The notes below the pieces were generated by a model that searched no databases, had not been told where the DNA came from, and was given only the letters and a program-made list of their open reading frames with translations. Below, piece after piece: positions 28,216 through 37,628 of a stretch of 63,913 bases of DNA. The stretch's first letter is position 1. Each line of letters opens with the position of its first letter. The stretch lies in assembly GCA_043800705.1 (NCBI GenBank), contig JAZDMS010000038.1:1-63913 (forward strand). Reading direction: 5' to 3'. Source of the DNA: Candidatus Altiarchaeota archaeon. Lineage in GTDB: Archaea > Altiarchaeota > Altiarchaeia > IMC4 > SCGC-AAA252-I15. Both the position numbers and the translations under genes were made by a program.

Positions 28216-28380
28216 TCAGAAGCGCTTTGGCCTTCTCTTGCTGTAGCATTCCTTGCAGTAGACTGGCTTACCATCCGTTGGCTTGAACGGAACTTGGCAT
28301 GATGTGCCGCATTCTGAACAGACTGCGTCGTGCATCTCGCGCGGACCCCTGTCGAATCCCCTACCGAAATCTTTCGCCAT
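28216..28380 (-). CDS. CxxC-x17-CxxC small zinc-ribbon protein (not in ORF track)
   Basis: MAKDFGRGFDRGPREMHDAVCSECGTSCQVPFKPTDGKPVYCKECYSKRRPKRF; GGAGGTGA RBS. Confidence 0.9.
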   Translation of the reverse strand: MAKDFGRGFDRGPREMHDAVCSECGTSCQVPFKPTDGKPVYCKECYSKRRPKRF

Positions 28381-28401
28381 ACTATCTCACCTCCTTTCCT
28401 T

Positions 28402-28725
28402 TTACCTCCATCTGGAGTACCTCTGTAAAAGAGCCTTAAGCGCGTTCGACTTTTCCCCGGTGAGCGTCCCGCTCTCGGTTATCCGACCGACGTATTCGAA
28501 CGCGTCATCCATAGAATGTGAACTCATCTTGTTCAGCACCGTCGCCAAAACGGTAGACTTGTTATCGCCCAGATTGAATCTCGTAAGAAGGTCTTCCAAG
28601 TCGAAGCGGAAGTATTTCTGCCGCCCCATATCAAGCATCAGTTTCCTCTTGCTTTGCCCCTGGTTTATGGGCCGCCTCCTGGCTCTGTAGCTATTACTCG
28701 CGTAGCTTGTCTCGGGTTCACTCAT
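28402..28725 (-). CDS. Hypothetical basic protein
   Basis: 107 aa ORF co-oriented with the Zn-ribbon gene. Confidence 0.7.
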   Translation of the reverse strand: MSEPETSYASNSYRARRRPINQGQSKRKLMLDMGRQKYFRFDLEDLLTRFNLGDNKSTVLATVLNKMSSHSMDDAFEYVGRITESGTLTGEKSNALKALLQRYSRWR

Positions 28726-28864
28726 CTTGTTAACGTATCAGCCGCTGCTTGTTGGCTGATACAACACCAGCATATGCTGGTGCCCTAAGAAGCAAGGCCA
28801 TATCTCCAGGGCAATGCTCAATAGTTGCCATTATATAGCATATGTATGTATAAAAGCCATCCGG

Positions 28865-29689
28865 TTACCCAAGCAGCAGCAGTACCGTGTTCCTGATGGC
28901 AGGGCCGGCTCCGAGGACTAAAATGACGAATTTGATGAATCTCCTGCCGAATTCGTCATCTTTCATCTCGTCGTCTATCATGTAGATGGCAGGCAAGAGG
29001 ACGAGCAGCTTCAGGGGATACATCACGGCCGCAGTGTGGAATAAGTCGATGAACAATGTCGGTATTACGTGCTTCTCCTGTAGGCCGATGAGGTCGACGC
29101 CCACGAACGTCGTGCTGGCGTCGAAGAGGTGCGCGAGGACGATGGCCCAGTTATATTCGAATCCGAGATACCTCAAATTGAGGAGCTTCCAGATCCCGAG
29201 GAATCCCGCAACCGACAGGCCGAAGAATGCCAGGACATAGGCCAGGCGCATGGGATACGCGACTTTGGGCATGATAAGCGCCATGTTGTAAACAAGAAGG
29301 AGCGTCCCAAAGGCCCCGACCGTGAGCCTATAGTCGACTTTGAAGAGGCGCTGGAACCCGAGGCCTGCGAAGATGCATCCTAGTGTTAGGAAGAACATCG
29401 TGAAATAGATGCCTGGGGACACGAACAGCCAGTTGGCGGGGTAGGCGGCGTGGCCGGCGTATACCCCCAGTTCCTGGTCTATCATCTCCCGCATGCTGGA
29501 GCCGTAAACAATGAATGGCAGCAGCATCAGCACGAATCGGATGTCTATCCTGCCGATGATGGGCTTCAGCCATGGGATGAGCCTGAAGACGATGAACCCG
29601 AGGACGATGCCGTAGGTGACGGTGTTGACGATGTTGTATCCGCCCGTGAAAAAGTACTTTACGATGAAATCCCACACTGGCTCGAACAT
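28865..29689 (-). CDS. DUF63-family membrane protein
   Basis: GYNIVNTVTYG, SPGIYF, AHLFDASTTFVG, EKHV, LGAGPAIRN. Confidence 0.88.
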   Translation of the reverse strand: MFEPVWDFIVKYFFTGGYNIVNTVTYGIVLGFIVFRLIPWLKPIIGRIDIRFVLMLLPFIVYGSSMREMIDQELGVYAGHAAYPANWLFVSPGIYFTMFFLTLGCIFAGLGFQRLFKVDYRLTVGAFGTLLLVYNMALIMPKVAYPMRLAYVLAFFGLSVAGFLGIWKLLNLRYLGFEYNWAIVLAHLFDASTTFVGVDLIGLQEKHVIPTLFIDLFHTAAVMYPLKLLVLLPAIYMIDDEMKDDEFGRRFIKFVILVLGAGPAIRNTVLLLLG

Positions 29690-29797
29690 GGTGCACAAAT
29701 ATACACAAACCCCATATAAAACGGGCGAATAGCCGTTTTTTTATACCCTACCCCCTAATATAATCCCAGCTTATATCAACCGCATTTGTCACATAAC

Positions 29798-29872
29798 GGG
29801 CCTATAGCTCAGTCCGGTTAGAGCGCTCGACTCATAATCGAGTGGTCTGGCGTTCAAATCGCCATAGGCCCA
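29798..29872 (+). tRNA. tRNA with CAT anticodon, probably tRNA-Ile2 (agmatidine type)
   Basis: GGGCCTA/TAGGCCC acceptor stem typical of Ile, CTCGA-CTCATAA-TCGAG; lacks the initiator A1-U72 and GGG/CCC anticodon stem. Confidence 0.9.
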
Positions 29873-30204
29873 AACCGCGGAGGGGGGTTTCACCCCCCTC
29901 CCCAGTTTTAGGATAATCCTGACCCTCCCCCCAGATGGCGCCTCCGGCGCCATTGACGAGGATGATTTTCGTGTGAACATACCAAGAAATTCTTTTTTTG
30001 TAATGCGTCAGTGCCATCGAAGATGGCACATACTCGTTTCGGGGGAATCATGGGGTAGCTTAGGACTGAAGGGGGCGGTAGCCCCCTGCGGTCCAGGTGG
30101 AAATCGCCATAGGCCCAAACCGCGGAGGGGGGTTTCACCCCCCTCCCCAGTTTTAGGATAATCCTGACCCTCCCCCCGGATGCTGCCTTCGGCACCATTG
30201 ACGA
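29856..30204 (+). repeat. 104-bp direct repeat (29856-29959 and 30101-30204) containing the tRNA 3' end
   Basis: AAATCGCCATAGGCCCAAACCGCGGAGGGGGGTTTCACCCCCCTCC... duplicated, few mismatches, all near the distal end. Confidence 0.95.
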
Positions 30205-30364
30205 TGTACCCAAATTATTCATTTTATCGCCTTCGGAGGAATATAGTGGGGATGCCTGGCATCTTCGAAGGGTATGGCCGGAACATCTGATCATCTGGTG
30301 ACGGTCCGGGCCCGGCGAGGCTGTCTGGGATTTTTATCTTTTCAGTGTTTAATCATCTTTTGCC

Positions 30365-30604
30365 ATGAAGGTCTTCCGCATCAGCGAGGAGGGGGTCGGC
30401 CAGGTCGAGTATTGTGTGGTGAAGTGCCACTCCTGCGGGACGGTCTTCAGGCATGATTTCTCCCAGGCGTTCGGGCGGACGATAAAGAACCGGATGTGTC
30501 AGGTCTGCGGGGAGATGGTGCCCGTCGATGACAGGCATTGCCTCGACCATGATCCGATGGTGGGGGCCTTCAGGGCGGAGTTCAAGTCTGCGAAGGACCT
30601 TTAG
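30365..30604 (+). CDS. Small zinc-finger protein
   Basis: CHSC...CQVC, 79 aa. Confidence 0.6.
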   Translation: MKVFRISEEGVGQVEYCVVKCHSCGTVFRHDFSQAFGRTIKNRMCQVCGEMVPVDDRHCLDHDPMVGAFRAEFKSAKDL

Positions 30605-30936
30605 GTGGCTCCCGCGACCTTCCTGTAGCATCCGTCCCTTTGGACGACGCTTCGTATGTCGTCGCAGACCCTTACGTCCCTCCTCTTAGCCGCTATGGTT
30701 GCGTAGCAGTCGTTCTTCCAGTCTTCGCTTTCAATGGCGCCGCATATGGTGGTGTTGTCCTGCGATACGGCTATCCTCATCGAGCAGTTATACCTCATCC
30801 TGTAGTCGGATATGCTGTCGCAGATTGCGGTGTCGGTCTTGTTTAACGCCTCTGTCGCGAGCTTGGCCGGGTCTTTGCTGATGCATCCCGACATCAGGAG
30901 TATCGCGGCCGCCGCCAGCCAGAGAGCGTTGGTCAT
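30601..30936 (-). CDS. Cys-repeat lipoprotein
   Basis: LLMSGC lipobox; ICDSI..RYNC, ICGAI..KNDCY, VCDDI..RDGCY. Confidence 0.75.
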   Translation of the reverse strand: MTNALWLAAAAILLMSGCISKDPAKLATEALNKTDTAICDSISDYRMRYNCSMRIAVSQDNTTICGAIESEDWKNDCYATIAAKRRDVRVCDDIRSVVQRDGCYRKVAGAT

Positions 30937-31445
30937 TGCATTATCTCTATCACGGCGTTCGCAGTCTTCGTTTCCTTGGCTGTTTTCACGTCCGCGGATA
31001 TCGTGTAGTTCCCGGGGCTTATTCCCGAGCAGCCCGTGCATGATGGCAGCATGTAGCCCATGGATATTATGTTCCGTCCCCTGCCGAGCTCCTGCGAGGT
31101 CTTGAGATTCAGGCGCTCGTATCCTTTGGCGTTTATTCCGTGGAGGGTTATGTCCGCGGGCTGGTCGAGTTCGGATTCTATCGTTATGTCAGCCTTCAGG
31201 TTCTCCCTGCTGTGGTATAATCCCCTGTCCGTGGCTAACGAGACCGTCTTTATTGCGCTTGGGCAGCTTTCGGCGGTGCATTCCCGGAATTCGGCGTAAG
31301 TTGCGGTTTCCGGCCCGTTATTCTGGACGGCGTACACCACGAGGAGGATCACCATTGCAGCGATAAGTACTGCGACTATCCTTATCGTGCGTGTCCTATC
31401 TTGCGGTTTCACTCGTCCCGGCTCTTTGTGGTAATACACTTTCAT
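30933..31445 (-). CDS. Membrane-anchored Ig-like protein
   Basis: Single TM followed by a beta-rich domain, PSCTGCSGISPGNY. Confidence 0.65.
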   Translation of the reverse strand: MKVYYHKEPGRVKPQDRTRTIRIVAVLIAAMVILLVVYAVQNNGPETATYAEFRECTAESCPSAIKTVSLATDRGLYHSRENLKADITIESELDQPADITLHGINAKGYERLNLKTSQELGRGRNIISMGYMLPSCTGCSGISPGNYTISADVKTAKETKTANAVIEIMQ

Positions 31446-31783
31446 GGTAACCTTACTCCTGGGTTGGCTTCCTTGGCCCTTTTTCTTGCGGCGCTGACCT
31501 TGCCCTCGCAGTTGTCTTTCGCCGAGCTCTTGTCGTGCTGTTTGCACGGTATGTAGTCAAGGAGCCTGATCCCGATCTGGTCTATGCAGTCCTTTTTCAT
31601 TGTTTCGTTCATTATGTTGGTGCATTCGACCGAGCTCAGCATGATCATGCTCTTATTGTATGTGCACTCTTCTCTCTCCGCGTTTTTCAGGATCTTGTCG
31701 CAGTCGAAGTTGGCCTGGTTTTCTGCGCATCCGGCCATGAGCGCTATGGCGAATATTATGACGGGGGCCGGGTATCCTCTCAT
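31442..31783 (-). CDS. Cys-repeat lipoprotein
   Basis: LMAGC lipobox; CDKI..REEC, CTNI..KDC. Confidence 0.75.
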   Translation of the reverse strand: MRGYPAPVIIFAIALMAGCAENQANFDCDKILKNAEREECTYNKSMIMLSSVECTNIMNETMKKDCIDQIGIRLLDYIPCKQHDKSSAKDNCEGKVSAARKRAKEANPGVRLP

Positions 31784-31916
31784 ATGGACCTATTCGGTTT
31801 TTTGTCTAATAAATATCCGCGGCCCAAGACTGCGGTATTTATCCATTAAGCGCAGCCTCATCTGAGATCCCCGACATAAATGCCGGGGTTTTCTGCGCTT
31901 AATCGGATAAACGGTT

Positions 31917-32606
31917 TCATGTGCACAGGCTGAAGTACAGCTTCCTTGCGCATTCCCCGCTGCAGCAGTCCCGGGGGCTTCTGCACTGCGATCCCTTTGG
32001 CAGGCAGCACCTGTCCAGCATGCAAACCTGCCAGCTTTGGCAAAGGAGCGATTCCTCGTGGAGGTATCTGCCTTCGCAGTAGTATTCCCTTACTGTCTGG
32101 TTGTTCCTGCAGACGTCCCTTTTGCTCACGCCCGTGTGCGGAGGATGCGACTGCTCCCCCACGGTCACGCCTGCGACGTCCGGGTTTTCGCCGTCGGAGT
32201 CGTAGCAGACGCCTGGGACCACCTGAGGGACAGTCGTTGTCGTCGACGACGTCACCCTCGGCCGCACGGCCGTGGTGGTCGTTTCCTGGGTCTGGTTTTC
32301 CGGCAGAGTCGTCGACGTGGTCGTCGACTCTTCGAAGTAGGTCTGGAGCGTTGTCGTGGTCTCGATCCTCGTCTCCAGGGAGTCGCATATGCGGTTCCCG
32401 TTCGCGTCTAGGCAGCAGTCTCCCTGGTATGGGATGTATGGGAGCTGGCATTCGATCCTGCCGATGTTTTCGCGGCTGTCGCATACGCCGTTTCCGTTGG
32501 CGTCCAGGCAGCATTCCCCCTTTATGGTTTTCATGGGCTCGTCGCAGGGGGTGAGGGTGCATCCGGAAAGCAGCACGATCAGCGGGATCAGCATGTATGC
32601 CTTCAT
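31917..32606 (-). CDS. Cys-rich lipoprotein with two CCLDANGNxxCD motifs and a Thr-rich linker
   Basis: LLSGC lipobox, duplicated Dx(N)xNG-type loop, CYDSDG module. Confidence 0.75.
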   Translation of the reverse strand: MKAYMLIPLIVLLSGCTLTPCDEPMKTIKGECCLDANGNGVCDSRENIGRIECQLPYIPYQGDCCLDANGNRICDSLETRIETTTTLQTYFEESTTTSTTLPENQTQETTTTAVRPRVTSSTTTTVPQVVPGVCYDSDGENPDVAGVTVGEQSHPPHTGVSKRDVCRNNQTVREYYCEGRYLHEESLLCQSWQVCMLDRCCLPKGSQCRSPRDCCSGECARKLYFSLCT

Positions 32607-32753
32607 GGTATAGGATTTGTCTTACTGGTTAAATTATACTCGATAAGGAATTTTTTTTAACTTTTATATTTTGAATTTCCTTATCGAGACTAGCAAATCA
32701 CTTATTTTTAACAGTATTGGTTATGGAAAATGTTAAAATATTTAGGTGATATG

Positions 32754-33368
32754 CTATAACTTCGCTCCGGCTTGGTACAGGACCATCAGGTCGAATATAA
32801 GGCTTGATACATAGTGCATGGTCAGACTCGGCAGGATGCTTCCGTATCTTTTGTCGACTTCCCCGAAGAGCCAGCCCACAGGCAGGGAGTATGCGACCTC
32901 GATCGGAGGCTTGCCCAGGTGCGCCAGCATGTAAATCACGGCGTGTATGGCGTTGCCGTATCGCGTCCCCTGGCTGAGGATGTTCATGAGGAAACCCCTG
33001 TATAGCACTTCCGTTGACACCATCAGGGCTAGCATGTACGTCTCATAGAGGAACAGGTCCATGATGCCATGCCTTGCGGGCGCCCAGGTCGGGTAGTAGC
33101 TCTGGAATTCCTCGAGAGTCGAACCATAATGCATGATCGGGAAGGCAAGGAGAATCAGTGCGGCGGAGACTTTGAGCCCGCCCCAAAGGTCCCCCCTCTG
33201 GAGCAGATAGTCCCCGAGCCTCCGCCTACTGGCGATTATGTACGCCGCTGGCAATGCAGCCATCAACGCCAGGCACATGATGGCGTACTCGAGGTATCCC
33301 GGGAAGACGTAGCGGGCAGCGAGGATCGCTAGGGACGCCAGAAGAAGTCCTATGGTGTCGATTTTCAA
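32754..33368 (-). CDS. CPBP (CAAX protease-like) intramembrane metalloprotease
   Basis: TEVLYRG, YMLAHLGKP, SILPSLTMH. Confidence 0.85.
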   Translation of the reverse strand: MKIDTIGLLLASLAILAARYVFPGYLEYAIMCLALMAALPAAYIIASRRRLGDYLLQRGDLWGGLKVSAALILLAFPIMHYGSTLEEFQSYYPTWAPARHGIMDLFLYETYMLALMVSTEVLYRGFLMNILSQGTRYGNAIHAVIYMLAHLGKPPIEVAYSLPVGWLFGEVDKRYGSILPSLTMHYVSSLIFDLMVLYQAGAKL

Positions 33369-34987
33369 CTTATCTCTGCGATGATGAACTCGAGCTGGTC
33401 GCTAAATTCGTTATAGTTCGTCTTGCCGACGAGTGTGATCTCTTTGCCGGCCAGCTTTTCGCGGGCTTGCGCGAGGGGCGCCTTCTCGTCCTGGTTCTCG
33501 CCTATCATGTTCATCGCCTCCTCGACGTCCATCCCCAGGAGCCTCTCGGCCTTCTCCTTGAATGCCGTGGCCCTGATGTTTCCCGTCTCGTCTTCGACGA
33601 TCACCGATGCCATCATGTTGGGGGTTCCCTCGTTCATCCCGCATTCCTCGCACATCCATTCGCCTCCGATGTTTTGGACTTTTTTCCCGCATTCGGAGCA
33701 TGTCATGTAAAAGAGCGGCCTGTCTTCGACCTGTGTGACCTTCCCCCTGATCTTCACGTGTAGGTCTCCCGAGTCCAGGTCGGTTATCCTCTTCTCCTCG
33801 GTCATCATCTGGCTGATTTCGCCAGCCGTCGGCACCTTAGCCTTCGAGTCTGAAAGGAGGTCGGAGTATTTCCCCAGGTGGACTTCGGGTTCCTGGTTCA
33901 TGTTGGCCTTGGCGTATGCGTTTTTGACCCTCACCGCGTCGCCCTCATTCAGCTGCGAGGCGACGTTCGACCGCTCGTCCCAGAGGACGGCTCTTATCGT
34001 CCCCGTCGAGTCTCCGAGTATGAGGGAGGCCATCTTGCCCTTCGAGTAGTCCTTTTGCGGGTAGACCCTCATCACCCTCGCCTCCAGGTCTAATCCTTTC
34101 ATGTCGGCCTTGATGTCCCCTATCTTTACCGTGCCGTCCTTCTTCTTCGGAAGCGGCTTCAGCTTGAGTTTCGCATCGGATTTCGCTATTCTGCTCCTTG
34201 AGCCGGCCTGTACCTCGACCTCGCCGTTCATGCCGGCCCTCGTGTAGCCGTTTTCTATCCTGATCACGTCGCCTTCCTGAAGATGCGTCTCCGAGAGCGG
34301 CTCCCAGAGGACGATCCTTGCGGCGCCGGACTCGTCCTCGCCGATGAACGTCGCCCTTGAGCCCTTGCTTCCGTCGGAGCGGGTGAACTCGGTCTTCGGG
34401 AAATAGCTTCCGACCCTGCAGACTATGTTCACGGACGGGACCCCCGCCTGCAGGCCCTTTATCGCGTCGATCCTCTCATCCACTTCCGGGAGGCTGACGG
34501 ACATGTTCGGCGGGTTGATGACCATGTTGGTGAGCGGCCCGGCGTGGACCTCCACCTGTCCCCTATTGTCTTTGACGTATCCGTTCTTGACGTAGAGGAC
34601 GTCGCCGACCCTGAGCTTCCCTATTATGGCCGTGTTCTGGTCCCAGAGGACGACCCGCTTCTCGCCGGAGTCGTCGGCCAGGCCCACGGATGCGAACCTG
34701 CCCCGGCTTCCGTCCTTTCTCGAGAACTCCCTCTCGGAGTATACCGTCTTGACCCTGCCTATGACGTTCGCCGAGCTTGTCGGCTTAAGGTCCGCCAGCT
34801 TGGTCGGGGCCGTTTCGTTCCCGCTGAGGTCGATCCCGTATTCCCTGGCCACGGCATATATGGCCCCGTAGTCGGACAGCAGGCCGTGGGTCTTCTCCTT
34901 GCGTTCGCCCATCTTGGCCCTTATCTCCTCTTCGCTTTTGCCGGTTTCCTTGATGACCCTCTCTATGATCTCGTTCACGTCTGTCAT
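33365..34987 (-). CDS. rpa: Replication protein A (multi-OB fold plus Zn finger)
   Basis: Repeated DxSG..RxVLW OB folds; CSECGKK...CEEC. Confidence 0.92.
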   Translation of the reverse strand: MTDVNEIIERVIKETGKSEEEIRAKMGERKEKTHGLLSDYGAIYAVAREYGIDLSGNETAPTKLADLKPTSSANVIGRVKTVYSEREFSRKDGSRGRFASVGLADDSGEKRVVLWDQNTAIIGKLRVGDVLYVKNGYVKDNRGQVEVHAGPLTNMVINPPNMSVSLPEVDERIDAIKGLQAGVPSVNIVCRVGSYFPKTEFTRSDGSKGSRATFIGEDESGAARIVLWEPLSETHLQEGDVIRIENGYTRAGMNGEVEVQAGSRSRIAKSDAKLKLKPLPKKKDGTVKIGDIKADMKGLDLEARVMRVYPQKDYSKGKMASLILGDSTGTIRAVLWDERSNVASQLNEGDAVRVKNAYAKANMNQEPEVHLGKYSDLLSDSKAKVPTAGEISQMMTEEKRITDLDSGDLHVKIRGKVTQVEDRPLFYMTCSECGKKVQNIGGEWMCEECGMNEGTPNMMASVIVEDETGNIRATAFKEKAERLLGMDVEEAMNMIGENQDEKAPLAQAREKLAGKEITLVGKTNYNEFSDQLEFIIAEIS

Positions 34988-36594
34988 TCTGTCACTCTAC
35001 CCTTCCTGTCGTGGAGCCTCTTCTTCCCCTTGTGCCAACTGACTGTCGCGTCGTTGAGGGCCTTACCGCCCCTGACCCAATAGTCGAACGTGGCGGTCTC
35101 CCCCCTGCGCAGGTTTCCGATCTCCCATGTGAGCGTGTTATGTTTCCTTACTGCGTTCAGCGTGTGGACCCGTATCTCGGCCTCGGAAGGTATTGCGTCC
35201 TCCAACACGACGTCCTTTATCCTCTTCTGCGTGCCGTTTCTGACCTTCACGATGACATCCTCGCCTTCGATGTATTTCGTCAATTCTACGGTTCCCCTGT
35301 CGCCCCAGAGGTATATGGCCGCCGCGATCGCGAGTCCCAGGGCGGCTATGAGGAGGACAAACACGGTGGTGCTTACGACGACGACCCCCACCTCGACGAT
35401 GTTGGGGCTTCTGCACCTTGCCGCATCGACGTTGATGGCTGCCGGCTGCTCCTTGGTCTCCATGAGGCTGGCTCCGTCGTATCTTCGCGCCTTTACCGTG
35501 TATGAGCCGCTCGAGTTATCGGGGACCGTCCAGTTGAACCGGAGCGTCTTCACCTCGTCCTTAGGGAACACGGAGGCGGCCTTCTCTTCGAAGTATGTCC
35601 TGCCGTCCTTTTCGATCGATAGCTCGATGGTTCCTTCCCTGTCCTGGCCTGCGCTGAGCACGTCCACCTTGACGGTCGCGGTGTCATACGGGCAGTATTG
35701 TCCGGTTATTGTGTCTAGTGTGACTTCCGTGACTCCGACGTATCCCTGCTCCTTCTTCAGGACGGGGGCGGAGCTGCCATAACCCGCTTGTATAGTCTTC
35801 TCTTCCTGGGGTTTCAGGATTCCGAGGTCGTAGTACATGATGACTGCGCTGTCTCCGGTTATCTGCCTGCCTTCCGGCTCGTAGTCCCATGCCGTGTCCT
35901 TGCCCTGCTTCCAGTCAGCGACGATGAGCCTGTACGGGTACGTCATTCCCTCCTTGGGGTCTATCGTCCCCGTAGATACTATCGTGGGCTCGTCCGGTTC
36001 GTTGTACGCCTTCCAGTAGCCGAAGCTGAGGTCCTTCCCCAAGTACTCCACCTCCCTCGTCTTGAGGCCGTCTCCGGGGACGTATATGGGGGCTCCGTCG
36101 TTCTCTCCAAGCTGGGTGTCGATGAGCATCCTGACACCAACGGAACTGTTGGACCCGCCGATGTTGGTGATGGAGTATTTTATGATGGTCCTGTTCTGCG
36201 CCAGCTGTATGGTCTGTCTGACGCTCATGTTGCCTACGACCCACCCGGTTTCGATGCCGTTTCCGCTGGCTGCCGGCCTCCTGGTCACGTACGGGTCCAT
36301 GAGCGTGCAGTTTCTCGGCTCCTCGGAGGTGCAGTAGCGTCCTCCGTCGATTTGGAAGGACGCGAACGTGCCCTTCCACGGATTCGGGTACTGATACGAC
36401 AGTTTCCTCCATTGTCCTGCGTAGAGGCCGCCGATGGAGTATGTGCCGATGTTGGAGCAGGATTCGACCGCCGCGCTTACCGCACCCGACGGATCGCTGA
36501 CTTCCAAGACGCAGGAGGAATCGTCCCCTGCCGCTAACCCGACCAGCAGGAAAACCGCCGTAAAAACCGCAGAATACCGCATCCCAAGTAACAT
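34984..36594 (-). CDS. Secreted, membrane-anchored beta-rich protein
   Basis: Signal peptide, DTQLGENDGAP, TM near residue 410, DUF11-like C-terminus. Confidence 0.7.
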   Translation of the reverse strand: MLLGMRYSAVFTAVFLLVGLAAGDDSSCVLEVSDPSGAVSAAVESCSNIGTYSIGGLYAGQWRKLSYQYPNPWKGTFASFQIDGGRYCTSEEPRNCTLMDPYVTRRPAASGNGIETGWVVGNMSVRQTIQLAQNRTIIKYSITNIGGSNSSVGVRMLIDTQLGENDGAPIYVPGDGLKTREVEYLGKDLSFGYWKAYNEPDEPTIVSTGTIDPKEGMTYPYRLIVADWKQGKDTAWDYEPEGRQITGDSAVIMYYDLGILKPQEEKTIQAGYGSSAPVLKKEQGYVGVTEVTLDTITGQYCPYDTATVKVDVLSAGQDREGTIELSIEKDGRTYFEEKAASVFPKDEVKTLRFNWTVPDNSSGSYTVKARRYDGASLMETKEQPAAINVDAARCRSPNIVEVGVVVVSTTVFVLLIAALGLAIAAAIYLWGDRGTVELTKYIEGEDVIVKVRNGTQKRIKDVVLEDAIPSEAEIRVHTLNAVRKHNTLTWEIGNLRRGETATFDYWVRGGKALNDATVSWHKGKKRLHDRKGRVTE

Positions 36595-36643
36595 ATATTA
36601 CGTTAGATATAAATGATACTGTCCCGAGCGGGGGAAAACAAAA

Positions 36644-37189
36644 ATGCTTGAATGGCTCGCCGAAGCGCTTACGGTCATCGGCCTCTTGGCGTCGCTGGCG
36701 CTCATCATCCTGATACTGAAGGCCCTCATAGAAAAGGGGGGGAAATCCACCCACGGGGACGTATTGGCTGTCAGCCAGGTCAATGACACAGACTCGAACC
36801 CGCCTGAAGCCGAAGAGTTCGATCGGGAGGAGGCGCCAGCGAGGCAGGAGTCGGAGTCGCAGAGGCTTGCAAGGACAGAGAAGGAGCTCGCGGAACGGGA
36901 TGCGAAGGTGAAGGCAGAACGCGTAAGGGAGCTTCAGGAACGCGAGCGGCTGATAAAAAGGCGCGAGACCGATGATGCTGCTGTTGCGGCTCCTGCCGCG
37001 TCCGAGCCGGACGGGCAGAAGGAGGAGCTATCGAAGGAGCGGCAGAGGATCCTCGAGCTGATCAAGAAGACGGAGGAACGCTACGCCAACGGCGAAATGC
37101 AGGAGAGCAGCTTCAAAAGCATACTCTCGGACTACCAGCGGCAGATCATCGACATCGACATCAAGCTGAGGAAGAAAAAGGGAAGGTGA
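36644..37189 (+). CDS. Membrane-anchored coiled-coil protein
   Basis: N-terminal TM, charged helical C-terminus. Confidence 0.7.
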   Translation: MLEWLAEALTVIGLLASLALIILILKALIEKGGKSTHGDVLAVSQVNDTDSNPPEAEEFDREEAPARQESESQRLARTEKELAERDAKVKAERVRELQERERLIKRRETDDAAVAAPAASEPDGQKEELSKERQRILELIKKTEERYANGEMQESSFKSILSDYQRQIIDIDIKLRKKKGR

Positions 37190-37200
37190 GAGACGGCCCC

Positions 37201-37620
37201 TCACCCGCACGTTATCCGCTCGGCCTGATACCTCGCCGAGGCCTCCACCATCCCCGCAGCCACGTCCTCCTTCGATATCTCACCCCTCTTCAGCCTGTTG
37301 ATGAGGTCTTTCCACAGTTCGATGGCCGTCGGGAACGCCTCGAATTCCACATCATTCGTGTATTTCCTGGTCTCCTCCCAGCTCATCTCGAAGTTGTCCC
37401 ACTTCTCGAAGATCCTCTTCCACTCGTCGAGGCCGACCGTGAAATATGTCATCACCATCTTCCCTGACTTCGGCGGCGTATTGCCGATATTGTCCGGTTC
37501 CTCATCTTCGTCGAGGTCGAAGCTCAGGTAAAAATATGCGGGTGACACTCTGCCTTTAGATTTCTGGCTCATCCCGAACATATGCGCTTTTCCATGCCCT
37601 ACCTTTCTACCCATATCCAA
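37201..37620 (-). CDS. Hypothetical protein
   Basis: GAGGTGA RBS; directly downstream of the VirB6-like gene. Confidence 0.65.
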   Translation of the reverse strand: MDMGRKVGHGKAHMFGMSQKSKGRVSPAYFYLSFDLDEDEEPDNIGNTPPKSGKMVMTYFTVGLDEWKRIFEKWDNFEMSWEETRKYTNDVEFEAFPTAIELWKDLINRLKRGEISKEDVAAGMVEASARYQAERITCG

Positions 37621-37628
37621 TCACCTCA

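Noticed and set aside
30041-30117. Second intact tRNA in the repeat spacer
   Set aside because: Only the 3' 17 nt match; the T-loop is broken (GGTGGAAAT) and no acceptor stem forms
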